A DNA stretch of 64,000 nucleotides from Octopus bimaculoides (lineage: Eukaryota), in the NCBI RefSeq assembly GCF_001194135.2, contig NC_068985.1, positions 124,057,099-124,121,098 on the forward strand, given 5' to 3'. Both the position numbers and the translations under genes were made by a program. The notes under the pieces were generated by a model, which saw only the letters and a list, made by a program, of their open reading frames with translations, was not told the DNA's origin and searched no databases. Below, piece after piece: positions 13,655 through 26,900 of this stretch. Every line of letters starts with the position of its first letter. Position 1 is the stretch's first letter.

Positions 13655-14619
13655 CAGATTGCGTGCGTGAGTGAGTGAACGAGTGAGTGACACTAACATA
13701 TCGATCCACAAAATCAAAAGACAAAAATAACTAAACGAAAATATTTAAGTTTAATTTGACGACACTTAAATAAACTAATAGTTTTAGAGAAGATTAGAAA
13801 GGGAAATTATAACTTAAACATTAGTAAAATAGTATCGACAGGAAATCAAAACAAGACAGCGAAGTTGGCTGATGTAGAACAGAACGCCTTGCCACGATAA
13901 TGATATTGATAGAAACATTATTGGTAAGATAATTACTTTGGCACAGCATGAAAAATATGCCTGAGATGGATACAGGGCATTCAAACTTCGTTATATGGAT
14001 ACTTACATATACTCCCCTTATTTCGTATGCCCATACAACGCTGTTTCGTCTTCCTTTTGTCTCCTTAATCTAACTATTCATATAACAAAACATTGCTTCC
14101 CTGTCTGACTTGTTTAAGTTGTTTAAATTACGTGGGCCACTTCCTTACTCTCAACATTGTCCTCTTCTTCATAATTCCCCTCCTAATGTATTTCTCACAA
14201 CAGGAACTATTCCCGCTATCATATACTCAACTTTATCACACGCCACTAATGATTTACTATTTAAAAAAAATATATTTACTCCCATCTCGCATGAGTACTT
14301 TCTGCCTTTTACTGCCCTACTTATATATTTCCACTTCACCTTAAACACCTTAAAGTCGAAAACTTGTTTATCTCGAAGATGAAGATTCAGCTTTGAAACG
14401 TTTAATTCCTCTCCCCATGGTGTAATACAATCATCTGTATTTACGAATTTCACTGTGCAATTTTTGATCTCTATATGTTTCCTCAAATTCTGTTTTGTTT
14501 TGTTTTTTTTTCTTTTTTACATGGTACCTATTCAGTTAATTCATGCGGGATAGGAAACAATTTAAATGCGATTAAAAAGGGGAAAAACAGCAATAGTCAG
14601 AATTTAGAGACAAAATTTA

Positions 14620-14888
14620 AATATTGGCTTCACATTTTGGTTCAATGCCAGCAATTTCGGAGGAGAGGGTACGTTGATTACAATGATCCCAGTGACCAAC
14701 TGGCACTTATTTTATTGCAGCAACCCCAGTGACCAAGTGGTATTTGATTTATCACAACGGCCCCAGTGGTCAGAATGAAAGGTAAAGTCAACTTCGGCGG
14801 AAATCGAACTTAGAACCGAAAGACGGTCGAAATGCTGCTAAGCATTCTACCCGATGTGCTAACCATTTTGCCAGCTCACCGCCTTCTT
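14620..14888 (-). mobile_element. tRNA-derived SINE, family B
   Basis: Reverse complement reads AAGGCGGTGAGCTGGCAAAATGGTTAGCAC...TTCCGCCGAAGTTGACTTTACCTTTCAT, homologous to 26205-26433. Confidence 0.85.
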
Positions 14889-15849
14889 TAAAAGTGGATA
14901 TGATGCCGCTGCAACATAATTTAGATATTAGAAAGGACATTTAATTCGATTCTCGACCCTTTTTGCCACTCCAACAATTCTTTGTTTCCGAACAAACAGT
15001 TATCCCCTTTCTGAAAGGTGACCTAAGAATACTAATTATAGTTCTATAAACGTTCTTTTTCTTTAAACTTTATAAAGTTCACCACATCCACCACTTAATC
15101 TTCCCTTACACTGAAATATATCACTATGTGTAGTTGCCAAATATTTAATTATCCTTGAATAATTTATATTCTCTTATAATGATTTTGCATCTTCATGACA
15201 CGTTGTCTTCAATTCAGTTTTACAGCAGGTTGAATCCTGATTCAAGTAACATCGGAAATTCATCTTCAAAGAAGTTAGAAACCAAATAGAAAGTTATTCT
15301 GTTAGTTAATTCATCCAATTACATGGATAGTTAGTTGTGTATTTAAGATATATTAACTACGTTGTTATTTAAATGAGCCAACGACAGAAATCCCTATCAA
15401 CCAAACCTCGTTCAAAGTATACTGCACGTTGTTTTTAAAGAAGCAGACATGGAATATCGACGTACTGGACATAGAAAATGACACATAAATGTGTTTGATG
15501 AGCGCTGACTTGGCACCAAAGAATCAACAGCTACTCATTCCAAAAAATCATACTAGTCGACTTGATATTAGAAAAAAAGAAAAAGAATTTGAACGGAATA
15601 ATGTACCGATGTGAGTTCCCATCGCTATCGCTAGTCTCCGCGGTGGATGTGATCGTAATAGTGTACCGTCGGTTACAACGACAATGATCCAGTTGATCTG
15701 ATCAACGGAACAGCCTGCTCGTGACATTAACGTGCAAGTAGTGGCTAGGCAATCCACAAGACATGCGTAATCCTTAATATAGTTCTGAGAGAGATTCAGC
15801 ATGATACAGAATGGGACAATGTTGGTCTTTTGATATACATGTACGACTT

Positions 15850-15980
15850 ATTTTTGCCAGCTGAGTGGTCTGGAGAAACATGAAATAAAGTATCTTGCTC
15901 AGGGACACACAGGATATGCACCACCGGATATCGAGCTCACGATTATGACCCGAATAACCTAACCACCGGGCTACGCTCTT
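15850..15980 (-). mobile_element. SINE family C fragment
   Basis: Reverse complement: GCGTAGCCCGGTGGTTAGG...CTGAGCAAGATACTTTATTTCA...CACTCAGCTGGCAAAAA. Confidence 0.7.
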
Positions 15981-16439
15981 TGGTTCGTTGGCTTGCCATG
16001 CTTAAGTACATTCTTCACAAATTAATACCCGAAAGCAACAGACAATACATCTGTGTCCTGTTGAAGGGAAATGGAATATGTAATTCTCATCTGCTAAAGG
16101 AATGGAGATTAAAGGTAATCAACAAGGAAGGGAATTGAAGACTCAGAATTAGTCATTAGCTTTAACAATTGATACATCAGCTCATGTTTTAATTCCATCA
16201 CAGATTGATGGAAACTTATTAATGATAACCACGTGATTTAGTACTGCCTTCTCATGGTTGATTGGTCTGTGACTAAATTTTCTCTTACCAAGCTTTCCAT
16301 GAGAGTAGAATGTGTGGGCGCCCAGTAGAGTTAGAAATAAAACTCGGTAAAGGCAGATGAGATCCTGGAGAGCGAAACGACATTAACATACGGGGGGACC
16401 AAAGGGATTTTGAGTTCCAATGAATTACTTAACTGGAAC

Positions 16440-16530
16440 TTACGCTAATATTTTACTTTACAGTGGAACTGTGAGAGGGAGAGGCAGAAGCCTAAATCCG
16501 AGATGGGTGGATGAAATTAGGAAACAATTT
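16440..16530 (+). mobile_element. Probable RTE LINE 3' end relic
   Basis: GTVRGRGRSLNPRWVDEIRK resembles the GxRxRGRPxxRWxDxI C-terminal motif of RTE ORFs. Confidence 0.4.
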
Positions 16531-16968
16531 CAGGTACCCCAAAGGGAAGATATGATATGTGTGATTTGATTTCAGTTCATTCATTAGAGAATTAACGTAT
16601 ATTTCCAGGAATTAGCCCCTATATTTGGAACATAAGCCTGCTGGGGAAGTTTGGCCCTAAGTCTTGTTTAGCGTCAACAATATTTGCTGTTAATGACGTC
16701 ATTTCGTCGTTTTCCAAGTAAGTTTATCTATTTTTAATTCTTTCGTAATTATATTCGATATATTGTCTCGGTTAGACTCTTATCATTTCTCATCAGTAAC
16801 CAGAAATTAAAGAGGTGAACCGTTTGCGAATTTATCGTAATACCAAAGCTCAAAATAAACACACTCCTTCCACTCCACAAACACGAGGCGACCATCAGCA
16901 TCCTAGCATCCCCAATAAGGAAGTAGTCGTTTTATTGCTTCTACATTTTTAGATATTTTTCTTTTTTT

Positions 16969-17044
<76 letters not shown>

Positions 17045-19019
17045 ACTGTTTATTCTCATTTTGTTTCCTAGAATCTAATAGTTGTTATCTTTCATGTTTA
17101 GTGTTAGACGTTAGATACGGTTGGTGAATTCAAAATCTGTACTGCTGGCCCTGCTTAATATTTCTGTATGACCAAAAAATCGGTGTATTTTCCGCTACAG
17201 TACATATTATCTATTGAGAATTGCTATATCCTTAATTTCATTCTTAATAAAACATAAGAGTGGGAGGGAGTATCCAATATCGCCCTTTTACCTCGTAGAG
17301 AAAAACCACTGACAACATGTCTTCCTTTAACTATTCTATCTCTGTCTCTCCCTCTGTCACAAAATCACAGACATACAGCATATACACACACACATCTGTA
17401 TCTGTATGCATGTATGCGTCCGCGCCCGTGGACATACACCCATATAGACACATATCTTCTATATATTTGTACATACGTTAATATAATTGGCAACATACCT
17501 ATCATTTTCTACTTGTCTGTCCCGCTAAGGGAGATAAGTGTGAACTTATTTGATTTATAGATATGTCTCCCGTAGGTACAACTAGCTCACTGAATATTAC
17601 CTGTCATATAACAGGTACTATTCGGAATACACCTTCGATGTTGTTGGTAAGCATTAGAGAACTGTATATAAATGGGTAATTAAAAAGTGCTTTCAGTTGT
17701 ACATACCTTTTATTTTAATTTAATAATTTTTTTTTGTTGAAACTTAGTTTTCATTACTATTCATTGAGCATGAAATCAGGAAAGTGTATCATATCAACCA
17801 TTGTATTTATATATTCGATTATTACGAACAAAGTTTATGGCCAAATTAAACCTGTAACACTGATAGGTATATATATATATATATGTTTTTTTTTGGGGGG
17901 GGCATATATATATATATATATATATANNNNNNNNNNNNNNNNNNNNNNNNNNNNNNNNNNNNNNNNNNNNNNNNNNNNNNNNNNNNNNNNNNNNNNNNNN
18001 NNNNNNNNNNNNNNNNNNNNNNNNNNNNNNNNNNNNNNNNNNNNNNNNNNNNNNNNNNNNNNNNNNNNNNNNNNNNNNNNNNNNNNNNNNNNNNNNNNNN
18101 NNNNNNNNNNNNNNNNNNNNNNNNNNNNNNNNNNNNNNNNNNNNNNNNNNNNNNNNNNNNNNNNNNNNNNNNNNNNNNNNNNNNNNNNNNNNNNNNNNNN
18201 NNNNNNNNNNNNNNNNNNNNNNNNNNNNNNNNNNNNNNNNNNNNNNNNNNNNNNNNNNNNNNNNNNNNNNNNNNNNNNNNNNNNNNNNNNNNNNNNNNNN
18301 NNNNNNNNNNNNNNNNNNNNNNNNNNNNNNNNNNNNNNNNNNNNNNNNNNNNNNNNNNNNNNNNNNNNNNNNNNNGCGAATCCAATAATAACAATACAAA
18401 CTATTTAGCCCTTAAAACGGATTTTGTGCATTTACAGATATTACAGAACTGTCTTACACAGGATCTTGTTTTTAGGAATTCCCAATAAGTTATGAATACC
18501 CAAATTGTGAAGTTAGTTATGTAATAACATGAAATTAGTTACCCGATAGTAAGAATTCAAATAAAGTAGACCCGAAAAGGGCTTTAATGAGTTCCCAGAG
18601 TGTATAGAACATAGGAGGAAATACTAATAAATATGTATACTAAAATCGTGAAGCATGTTATGTAATAACAGACTAATCAGATATGATATAATAACCATTT
18701 AAAGTAAATAACTCTGAAAAGGGCTTTTCTGCGTTCCCAAAGAATGTTACCCTCAGGGGCTCTAGTGTTGGTATATTCGTGAATAAGTCACGCATGTGTA
18801 TGTGTGCATGTGTGTGTGTGTGTTTCCATGCCAGATTAGTACGATTGAAACTGATTTAAGGTGTATATATGTCCATCTACATACATACATACATACATAC
18901 ATGCATACCTACATAAACATACATACAGACATACATATATATATATATATAACACTAACAACATTCATGGTGTGCATAGTCAATAGTAACAGAACGCAGA
19001 ATTGGATGAATTAGCTAGG

Positions 19020-19097
19020 CAGCTACTTCTACTACTGTTGCTGCTGCTACTACTACAACAACTACTACAACAACTACTACAACAACTACTACAACAG

Positions 19098-19154
<57 letters not shown>

Positions 19155-19185
19155 TTACTACCGCTGCTGCTGCTGCTGCTGCCAC
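19020..19185. repeat. Compound (CTA/CAA/CTG)n microsatellite
   Basis: Direct reading; gives poly-L/poly-S pseudo-ORFs. Confidence 0.95.
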
Positions 19186-20639
19186 TACTCATAATTTTGC
19201 TTGAAGGTATAACTTTACGATGCAATCCCGTACGAACACAGAAATAAACAAATTTACATTGCGACACGTGACCGCTTTCCATCTACCCAATCACTCTCTC
19301 TCTCTCTCTCTCTCTTTCCTTTTCTCTCGNNNNNNNNNNNNNNNNNNNNNNNNNNNNNNNNNNNNNNNNNNNNNNNNNNNNNNNNNNNNNNNNNNNNNNN
19401 NNNNNNNNNNNNNNNNNNNNNNNNNNNNNNNNNNNNNNNNNNNNNNNNNNNNNNNNNNNNNNNNNNNNNNNNNNNNNNNNNNNNNNNNNNNNNNNNNNNN
19501 NNNNNNNNNNNNNNNNNNNNNNNNNNNNNNNNNNNNNNNNNNNNNNNNNNNNNNNNNNNNNNNNNNNNNNNNNNNNNNNNNNNNNNNNNNNNNNNNNNNN
19601 NNNNNNNNNNNNNNNNNNNNNNNNNNNNNNNNNNNNNNNNNNNNNNNNNNNNNNNNNNNNNNNNNNNNNNNNNNNNNNNNNNNNNNNNNNNNNNNNNNNN
19701 NNNNNNNNNNNNNNNNNNNNNNNNNNNNNNNNNNNNNNNNNNNNNNNNNNNNNNNNNNNNNNNNNNNNNNNNNNNNNNNNNNNNNNNNNNNNNNNNNNNN
19801 NNNNNNNNNNNNNNNNNNNNNNNNNNNNNNNNNNNNNNNNNNNNNNNNNNNNNNNNNNNNNNNNNNNNNNNNNNNNNNNNNNNNNNNNNNNNNNNNNNNN
19901 NNNNNNNNNNNNNNNNNNNNNNNNNNNNNNNNNNNNNNNNNNNNNNNNNNNNNNNNNNNNNNNNNNNNNNNNNNNNNNNNNNNNNNNNNNNNNNNNNNNN
20001 NNNNNNNNNNNNNNNNNNNNNNNNNNNNNNNNNNNNNNNNNNNNNNNNNNNNNNNNNNNNNNNNNNNNNNNNNNNNNNNNNNNNNNNNNNNNNNNNNNNN
20101 NNNNNNNNNNNNNNNNNNNNNNNNNNNNNNNNNNNNNNNNNNNNNNNNNNNNNNNNNNNNNNNNNNNNNNNNNNNNNNNNNNNNNNNNNNNNNNNNNNNN
20201 NNNNNNNNNNNNNNNNNNNNNNNNNNNNNNNNNNNNNNNNNNNNNNNNNNNNNNNNNNNNNNNNNNNNNNNNNNNNNNNNNNNNNNNNNNNNNNNNNNNN
20301 NNNNNATATATATATATATATATATATACGTGTGTGTGTGAGTATATATTTGCGTGTGTGTGCATGCATACAATGCGATTGCTGTTGAACAATTCATTCA
20401 AGCACAAAAAAATACAATACTCACTTATAATGACAGTACGTAAAATTTGATATATCTTGATATATCGATTTTTACTACATGATTTATTATATAATTATGG
20501 TTCATATACATATCATTATTGGCCTAATCAACTGGAAAAGGAAGCCACATATCTGAGAATTTTCGACGAAAGTAAGAGTTAATTAGGGACACTGCACTTA
20601 CTTGCTAGGTTTGCTATAAATAGCAGTTAAACCTGTTTC

Positions 20640-20943
20640 ATATCACACCTTTGTCGTCTTAATAATGGAAAGTATACATGAGAGAATGCTATCCCGGGTT
20701 ATGCAAGAATTGCAATAAAAGATAGAATAGTCGTGATTGAAATGCATTTGATCATAGGTCCAGGTAGATTGGAGCTGACCCTGGGCGAGACCATCGCAAC
20801 AACACTGGCGCCAACGAGAACAATAACTACGTTGTCATCGACTTTCTAGACATAGCAACCAAGTCGGATATCATCACACGTCTGTCTTAAAAAATGAAAG
20901 AACAAATAACATAATGCATTCGAAGAGAGACTGTCACGAACAA

Positions 20944-21031
<88 letters not shown>

Positions 21032-21100
21032 GTTGGAATGCATTTGATCATGGAATCTATTCAATCAAGGTGATGTGGGGCTAAATCGCAACAACAGCAT
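20640..21100 (+). repeat. Two adjacent copies of dispersed repeat family D, the second carrying an internal (AAT)n
   Basis: Shared blocks CTAGA(A/C)ATAGCA(G/A)CCAA..TGTCTTAAAAAA, GAA(A)TGCATTTGATCAT and GGGCTAAA..CAACAAC. Related fragments at about 9450, 10340, 30820, 38383-38460 and 60460. Confidence 0.6.
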
Positions 21101-21789
21101 GGTCCAAATTATCTATTACGCAGTAAATGTTCACAAATCCTCATATTTTATTTTATTATATTTTATATTTCATAATCTTGATAAGGTCACGCACATCTCG
21201 TCACAAAGACTACGATTTGAAGTAATTCCAGCCGCCTCTCTACTCCTTTACACACAACAAATAGAAGAAGCTGTTGTTGATTTATTCATAGAAATATAAT
21301 TGATTTCCAATAAATATCTCGTTATTCAAAAAAATTTCCATTAATTCAAGAGTTGTTGCTTTCTCTGTGTGTTTTGCTTTTGTTTTTACATCGCCTAGAA
21401 AGTCTTTAATGGGAAATGTAAAAATCTTATGTAAATCGAGTATATGGAAGATATTCAGAAAGCTGCATAATACATCAATATAAGTTGTTATTTAGCTTCA
21501 AGTTAGCCCTGATGAGTATACATATGATGGAAAGCATTCTAATCGTAACTGCTTCGTATTTCAATATATTTAGGCCAGATTGTGCTTCCTTTTACTTAAG
21601 GACTGCATGGTTCTCTTTGAAGGACCTTTGGATTGTATTTGGAGAATATCCTCTATTAGCTCGCTTATCAATGCATTTAAACAAAATATGATGCTGGTTT
21701 GATAATGTGAAACGTTAACATGCTATCCACTTTTTATTGAAAGTTTAATGGACATAAATTGTTATGAGTCACTTTGAACTGCAAATGAA

Positions 21790-23830
21790 AGTTCAAGTGA
21801 CACAAGAAAATATAACAATCACGGATTAGAAAGTAAGACATGATTAAGAAAATACCCAAATGGAAAGCCCCCGGAGCAAATGGTGTACGGGGTTTCTGGT
21901 TCAAGAATTTTCCAAGTATACACAATTATATATGACTATTTTTTACTGACTACAAAGAAAATGGAGCCCCCAACATGGATGACAAAAGGAAGGGCATTGC
22001 TGATATAGAAGGACAAAGAAAAGAGAGGGGAAGTCAGCAATTATAGACCTATTAACCGGTCTCATAGAAGAAGCGTATAATTTTCTGGAGAAAGAGAATC
22101 TATTTCCAGAGGGACAAAAAGGATGTAGGAAGAAATGAAGGGGAATCGTAGATCTGCTATATATTGATACTAGAATATTAAACAAGTTACGAGTAAGAAA
22201 GAAGAGTTTAGAGGTTGGATGGATGGATTACCGAAAGGCTTACGACAATGTCTCACTTAGCTGGCTCCTGAAGTATCTGAAGACGTTCGGAGTCAATGAG
22301 AAGATAAACAACTTTTGAAGAATGCAATGAGAGTATGGGAAGTAGAAGTGACATGTGCAAATGAATTGCTTGGCAAAGTGAAATATGCGGAAGCATTTTC
22401 CAGAGAGACTCGCTCTCTTCATTTCTCTTCGTCATTGCACTTATCTGCCTGACAATTATACTAAGAAAATCCAGGCCTACCTATGAGTTTACTAAATTCA
22501 AGATGGGAATAAATCACCTACTTTATATTGATGACTTTAAGCTGTATGCAAAAATGAGACAGACCTAGACTCTTAAATCCAACAGTGAGAGTATTCAATA
22601 AAAATATCGATATGCAGTTTGGGTAAATTAATGTTCAGTACTAATTATGAAAAGAAACTGATGGCATAAAATTATCATACGATAATATCACCAGATCGCT
22701 GTGGAATAATGAAGAGTACAAATATCTAGGAGTATTGCAAGACGATAGCACAATGGAAGGAAAGATGAGACAGTCACTAAAGAGCATCAGAGAAGAATTA
22801 GGAACGTGCTCGAAACGTAATTAAATGGCGGAGCATCATTAAAGCCATTAAAACATTTACTATACCTGGACTGAGATATTCTGTCCCTTTCTGAAGTGGA
22901 CGAACGTCAAGCTACAGAACTTGCATAGAAAAACTAGAAAGCTGCTCACAATGCACTACGCACTCCACTCTAAAAGCAATGGTGGCTGACTCTACCTACC
23001 AAGAAAGAAGGTGACAGAGGCTTCCTAAACGCAGGAGACACTTTTAATATTATTATACTGGGTCTGAAAAATTACGCTATGCAGAGTCAAGAAAGAATAT
23101 TTTCGGCAGTCAAAAAGTAATCGAAACAGTAGGAATATTCAAAGAGAAAAAGAAAAACTGAGCAAAAAGTCCTGAGAAAAGTAAACATCGACAACTCAGA
23201 CAGAAAATGTAGAATCTGCAGGAAAGGAGACAAAGGTATCAATCACCCTTTGAGTGGGTGCAGTATAGTAGCACAAAAGGAGTATAAACGCAGATATGAC
23301 TGTGTAGACAAAAAGATAAATCGGAATATTAGCCGGTGTGTGGCTTCCAAACAACAGAAAAAATGGTATGAACACGAACCAGAGGTTGTGACAGAAAATG
23401 AGAATTACAAGATCTTGTGGGATTTCCTCATAAAGACTGACTATACTGTTGAAGCAAGAAGATCAGATATGATCACAGAGGACGAAATAATGTGTATGAT
23501 CATGGATTTTGCAATTCCCTAGGATAGCAGAGTCGATAGCAAAGAAATTGAAAGAAAAAATGAGAAATATCAGGATCTAGCCAGAGAGCTGAGGGACCTG
23601 TGGAAGACCAAGAAAATGATTATGCCTGTAGCAATTCGTGCACTTAGCATAAAACCCAAAACGCTACCTAAATGACTAAAAGAGATTGGAACTCGCACTG
23701 CTTATCTGCAGAAATTTATCATCGTATACTCTTCAAGAATCCTATGGGAGATTCTTGAGATTTGAGAAGATCTGTTGTCACCAAACATCAAGATAAAATA
23801 CCTGCCAATTAAATTTGCATGCAGTAGCGT
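21790..23830 (+). mobile_element. R4/Dong-type (RLE) non-LTR retrotransposon, decayed RT plus restriction-like endonuclease, ending in (TAA)n
   Basis: KWKAPGANGVRGFWFK; GWMDYRKAYDNVSLSW; INHLLYIDDFKLYAK; SGCSIVAQKEYKRRYD; KWYEHEPEVVTENENYKILWDF..TD...RRSDM...MDFAIP; EKYQDLAREL. Directly followed by (ATA)n at 23832-23897. Confidence 0.9.
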
Positions 23831-23896
<66 letters not shown>

Positions 23897-24526
23897 TTGG
23901 AGAATGGTTGGATGCAGTGTTGCTGAAGTGAAGGAAAATTGTTTTAGTTGTAGTTTTGGCTATTGTTAAGCAGTGTTAAATCTGTAAACCTATGATCACT
24001 TATAAAGATATACACCTTCGTAGCTAAGTTTACGTCACTTAGCAACGCCGACAGACGCACCCTTGAAAAATATTATCGAATTCTACTTAACAGTATTGAG
24101 TACTTCCTTTTGCCGTCACAAAGTCTAATTCTAAATAAATAACTTTGTAGTTTATTTACGAAACATAAAAAAGATGATCCTCCCAGGATATACAAATGTT
24201 TATTTTGTTCAAACTCAGACTTTAGTTTTAAATTTCAACTTAATTATATTTAGATATTTATTCTCGGTCAATTGATTCTTCCAACAGCATTCGTTCATCG
24301 TTCTTTTACTAATTCTGTCGATTATTTGCCAAACATTAATTTGTTTGCTTAATTGTTCTAATCAAAATGTATAGAGGACTTGATGTGAAAACAACTGGCG
24401 GATTTAATAATTACTAAGAGATAGAAAGAAAAAGCGTGGCAGTGGGAAACTGCATGACAGAGGGACAGAAAAGAAAAGGAGATGTAGGATGAAAGAGAGG
24501 GATATAAGAACTCGTGGAAAGTTCGG

Positions 24527-24591
24527 CACTTAGAATCACTGGTATAGTTAATTCGACACTTAGAATCACTGGTATAGTTAATTCGACACTT
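24527..24591. repeat. Perfect 30-bp tandem duplication
   Basis: CACTTAGAATCACTGGTATAGTTAATTCGA twice plus CACTT. Confidence 0.95.
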
Positions 24592-24999
24592 TTTTTTTTT
24601 TGCGCTGAGCCAGTCTTAACTACTAAAACTTAAGCGGGCTCGAGTCAATCGCAAATTATGCAAGATGCCACGCTGGAAATATATGATCGAGAAACGAACT
24701 TCTTAACCATTTTAATGTGTGTGTATGTGTGTGTGCGTGTGCGGCGTGTATGTGTGCGTGTATCATTTGTGGTTTAACAAGGCAACCAATGGTCTCGCGT
24801 AAATGACCATCACAATTGTTCAAGCGTGTCAAATGGAATATATTATTAAAGCGAAAACTGCGTGTTATAAGAATCAATACAAGCCACATCTTCAAAGATT
24901 ATATGAAGAAGTAGTTCTAACCCAGAATTATTAAAATAAAAGGTAAAAGTACGAAACTCATATTGTTTTCCTTTTAAAAGAAAGATAAATTCTATACTA

Positions 25000-25035
<36 letters not shown>

Positions 25036-25565
25036 NNNNNNNNNNNNNNNNNNNNNNNNNNNNNNNNNNNNNNNNNNNNNNNNNNNNNNNNNNNNNNNNN
25101 NNNNNNNNNNNNNNNNNNNNNNNNNNNNNNNNNNNNNNNNNNNNNNNNNNNNNNNNNNNNNNNNNNNNNNNNNNNNNNNNNNNNNNNNNNNNNNNNNNNN
25201 NNNNNNNNNNNNNNNNNNNNNNNNNNNNNNNNNNNNNNNNNNNNNNNNNNNNNNNNNNNNNNNNNNNNNNNNNNNNNNNNNNNNNNNNNNNNNNNNNNNN
25301 NNNNNNNNNNNNNNNNNNNNNNNNNNNNNNNNTATATATATATATATATATACATATACACATATACACATATACACATATACACATATACACATATATG
25401 TATGTGTATATATATATATTATGTGTGTATTTGTGTTTACGTATATGTACGTATATGCACAGACGTATATGTATATTATGTAACATATAATATATATTTA
25501 TTACATATATATATATACTAGCAGAGAGATACCCGGCCTTACTCAGGATTAAAATGGCATAGTTT

Positions 25566-25838
25566 CTTTTATTGTTTCACTTGTTTCAGTCATGTGACTA
25601 CTGCGGCCATGCTGGTGCAATGCCGTTGTTCGAACAAATCGACCACAGGATTTATTCTTTTTAAGCCTAGTATTTCTTCTATCAGTGTTTTTTGCGGAAC
25701 CGCTAAGTTATGGGACCGTAAACACAGCAACATCGGTTGTCAAGCAATGATGGGAGTACAAAACACAAACACACAGAAATATATTCATATATACGATAGT
25801 CTTCTTTCAGTTTCCGTGTACGAAATCCACTCAAGTTA
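25566..25838 (-). mobile_element. SINE family A, 5'-truncated
   Basis: Reverse complement matches the body and tail of 2780-3192 (GGAAACTGAAAGAAG, CTTGACAACC, GCGGTTCCGCAAAA, CCAGCATGGCCGCAGT). Confidence 0.82.
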
Positions 25839-26204
25839 GGGTGCTAAAACTACATGTTTCCTGCTTTGACAAAATAACACGGGTTATCCAATCTGAGGAC
25901 TAAAATCTCTTTACATGAATGATATAGTGGATAAACAGTCCTGACTTCTTAAATAGGTTGAAGCTCACATGCGAATATCCCCTGTCTTAAAAGACTGATA
26001 TAAGATCCTGAACATTTTATAAGAGTTAAGGTTCATGTCGTAATTTAACGCAAACCTGAACTCCAATGTTTTCGCAAGTTAAGAGGAGGTATACTGATAA
26101 ATTAAATCTTGTATATTAGTAGTAGTTTGTATAAATGTAGTTTGATTGTTAGTAAGCATATCTATGGTTATGTTTGAAATACTGAATAGAAAATGCTTGA
26201 GAAA

Positions 26205-26433
26205 GGCAGCGAGCTGGCAGAATCGTTAGCACGCCGGACGAAATGCTTAGCGGTATTTCGTGTCTTTACGTTCTGAGGTCAAATTCCGCCGAGGTCGACT
26301 TTGCCTTTCATCCTTTCCGGGTCGATAAATTAAGTACCAGTTACGCACTGGGGTTGATGTAATCAACTTAATCTCTTTGTCTGTCTTTGTTTGTCCCCTC
26401 TGTGTTTAGCCCCTTGTGGGCAATAAAGAAATA
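26205..26433 (+). mobile_element. Intact-looking SINE family B with a 17-bp target-site duplication
   Basis: Head GGCAGCGAGCTGGCAGAATCGTTAGC, B-box-like GGTCAAATTCC, tail AATAAAGAAATA. TSD AGAAAATGCTTGAGAAA at 26188-26204 and 26434-26450. Confidence 0.92.
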
Positions 26434-26566
26434 AGAAAATGCTTGAGAAATAAAATGCACTTCTCTATTTAAAATCTGAAACGCTAGGGAATTGAAACAA
26501 CGAATTGAAATAATAAGTTTTAACAAATCAAAGCAATGCTAAATACATTACCGTTANNNNNNNNNN

Positions 26567-26900
26567 GCGGTATTTCGTGTCTTTACGTTCTGAGGTCAAA
26601 TTCCGCCGAGGTCGACTTTGCCTTTCATCCTTTCCGGGTCGATAAATTAAGTACCAGTTACGCACTGGGGTTGATGTAATCAACTTAATCTCTTTGTCTG
26701 TCTTTGTTTGTCCCCTCTGTGTTTAGCCCCTTGTGGGCAATAAAGAAATAAGAAAATGCTTGAGAAATAAAATGCACTTACCTATCTAAAATCTGAAACG
26801 CTGGGGAATTAAAACAACGAATTGAAATACTAAGTTTTAGGATATCAAAACAATTCGTAATGAAATGAAGAATTAGCAAATGCTAAATAGATTACCGTTA
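26567..26900 (+). other. Duplicate of 26250-26556 across a 10-N gap (probable assembly artefact)
   Basis: 26567-26779 is identical to 26250-26462 (213 bp); the downstream flanks then differ by substitutions and an indel. Confidence 0.75.

Noticed and set aside
14169-14486. 105-aa minus ORF with Cys and sequons
   Set aside because: No recognisable family, A-rich rather than pyrimidine-rich upstream, and length within chance expectation.
15548-15802. WIIVVVTDG resembling a VWA-domain motif
   Set aside because: Isolated short motif; no other VWA strands or MIDAS exon found nearby.
17592-17623. Short hairpins (also about 99-135 and 9288-9323)
   Set aside because: Stems of 7-13 bp are expected by chance in 64 kb of AT-rich sequence.
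24527-24591. CRISPR-like 30-bp direct repeat (also the 33-bp array at 47.3 kb and the 17-bp duplication near 30065)
   Set aside because: Units are contiguous with no spacers, there are no cas genes, and the context is eukaryotic.
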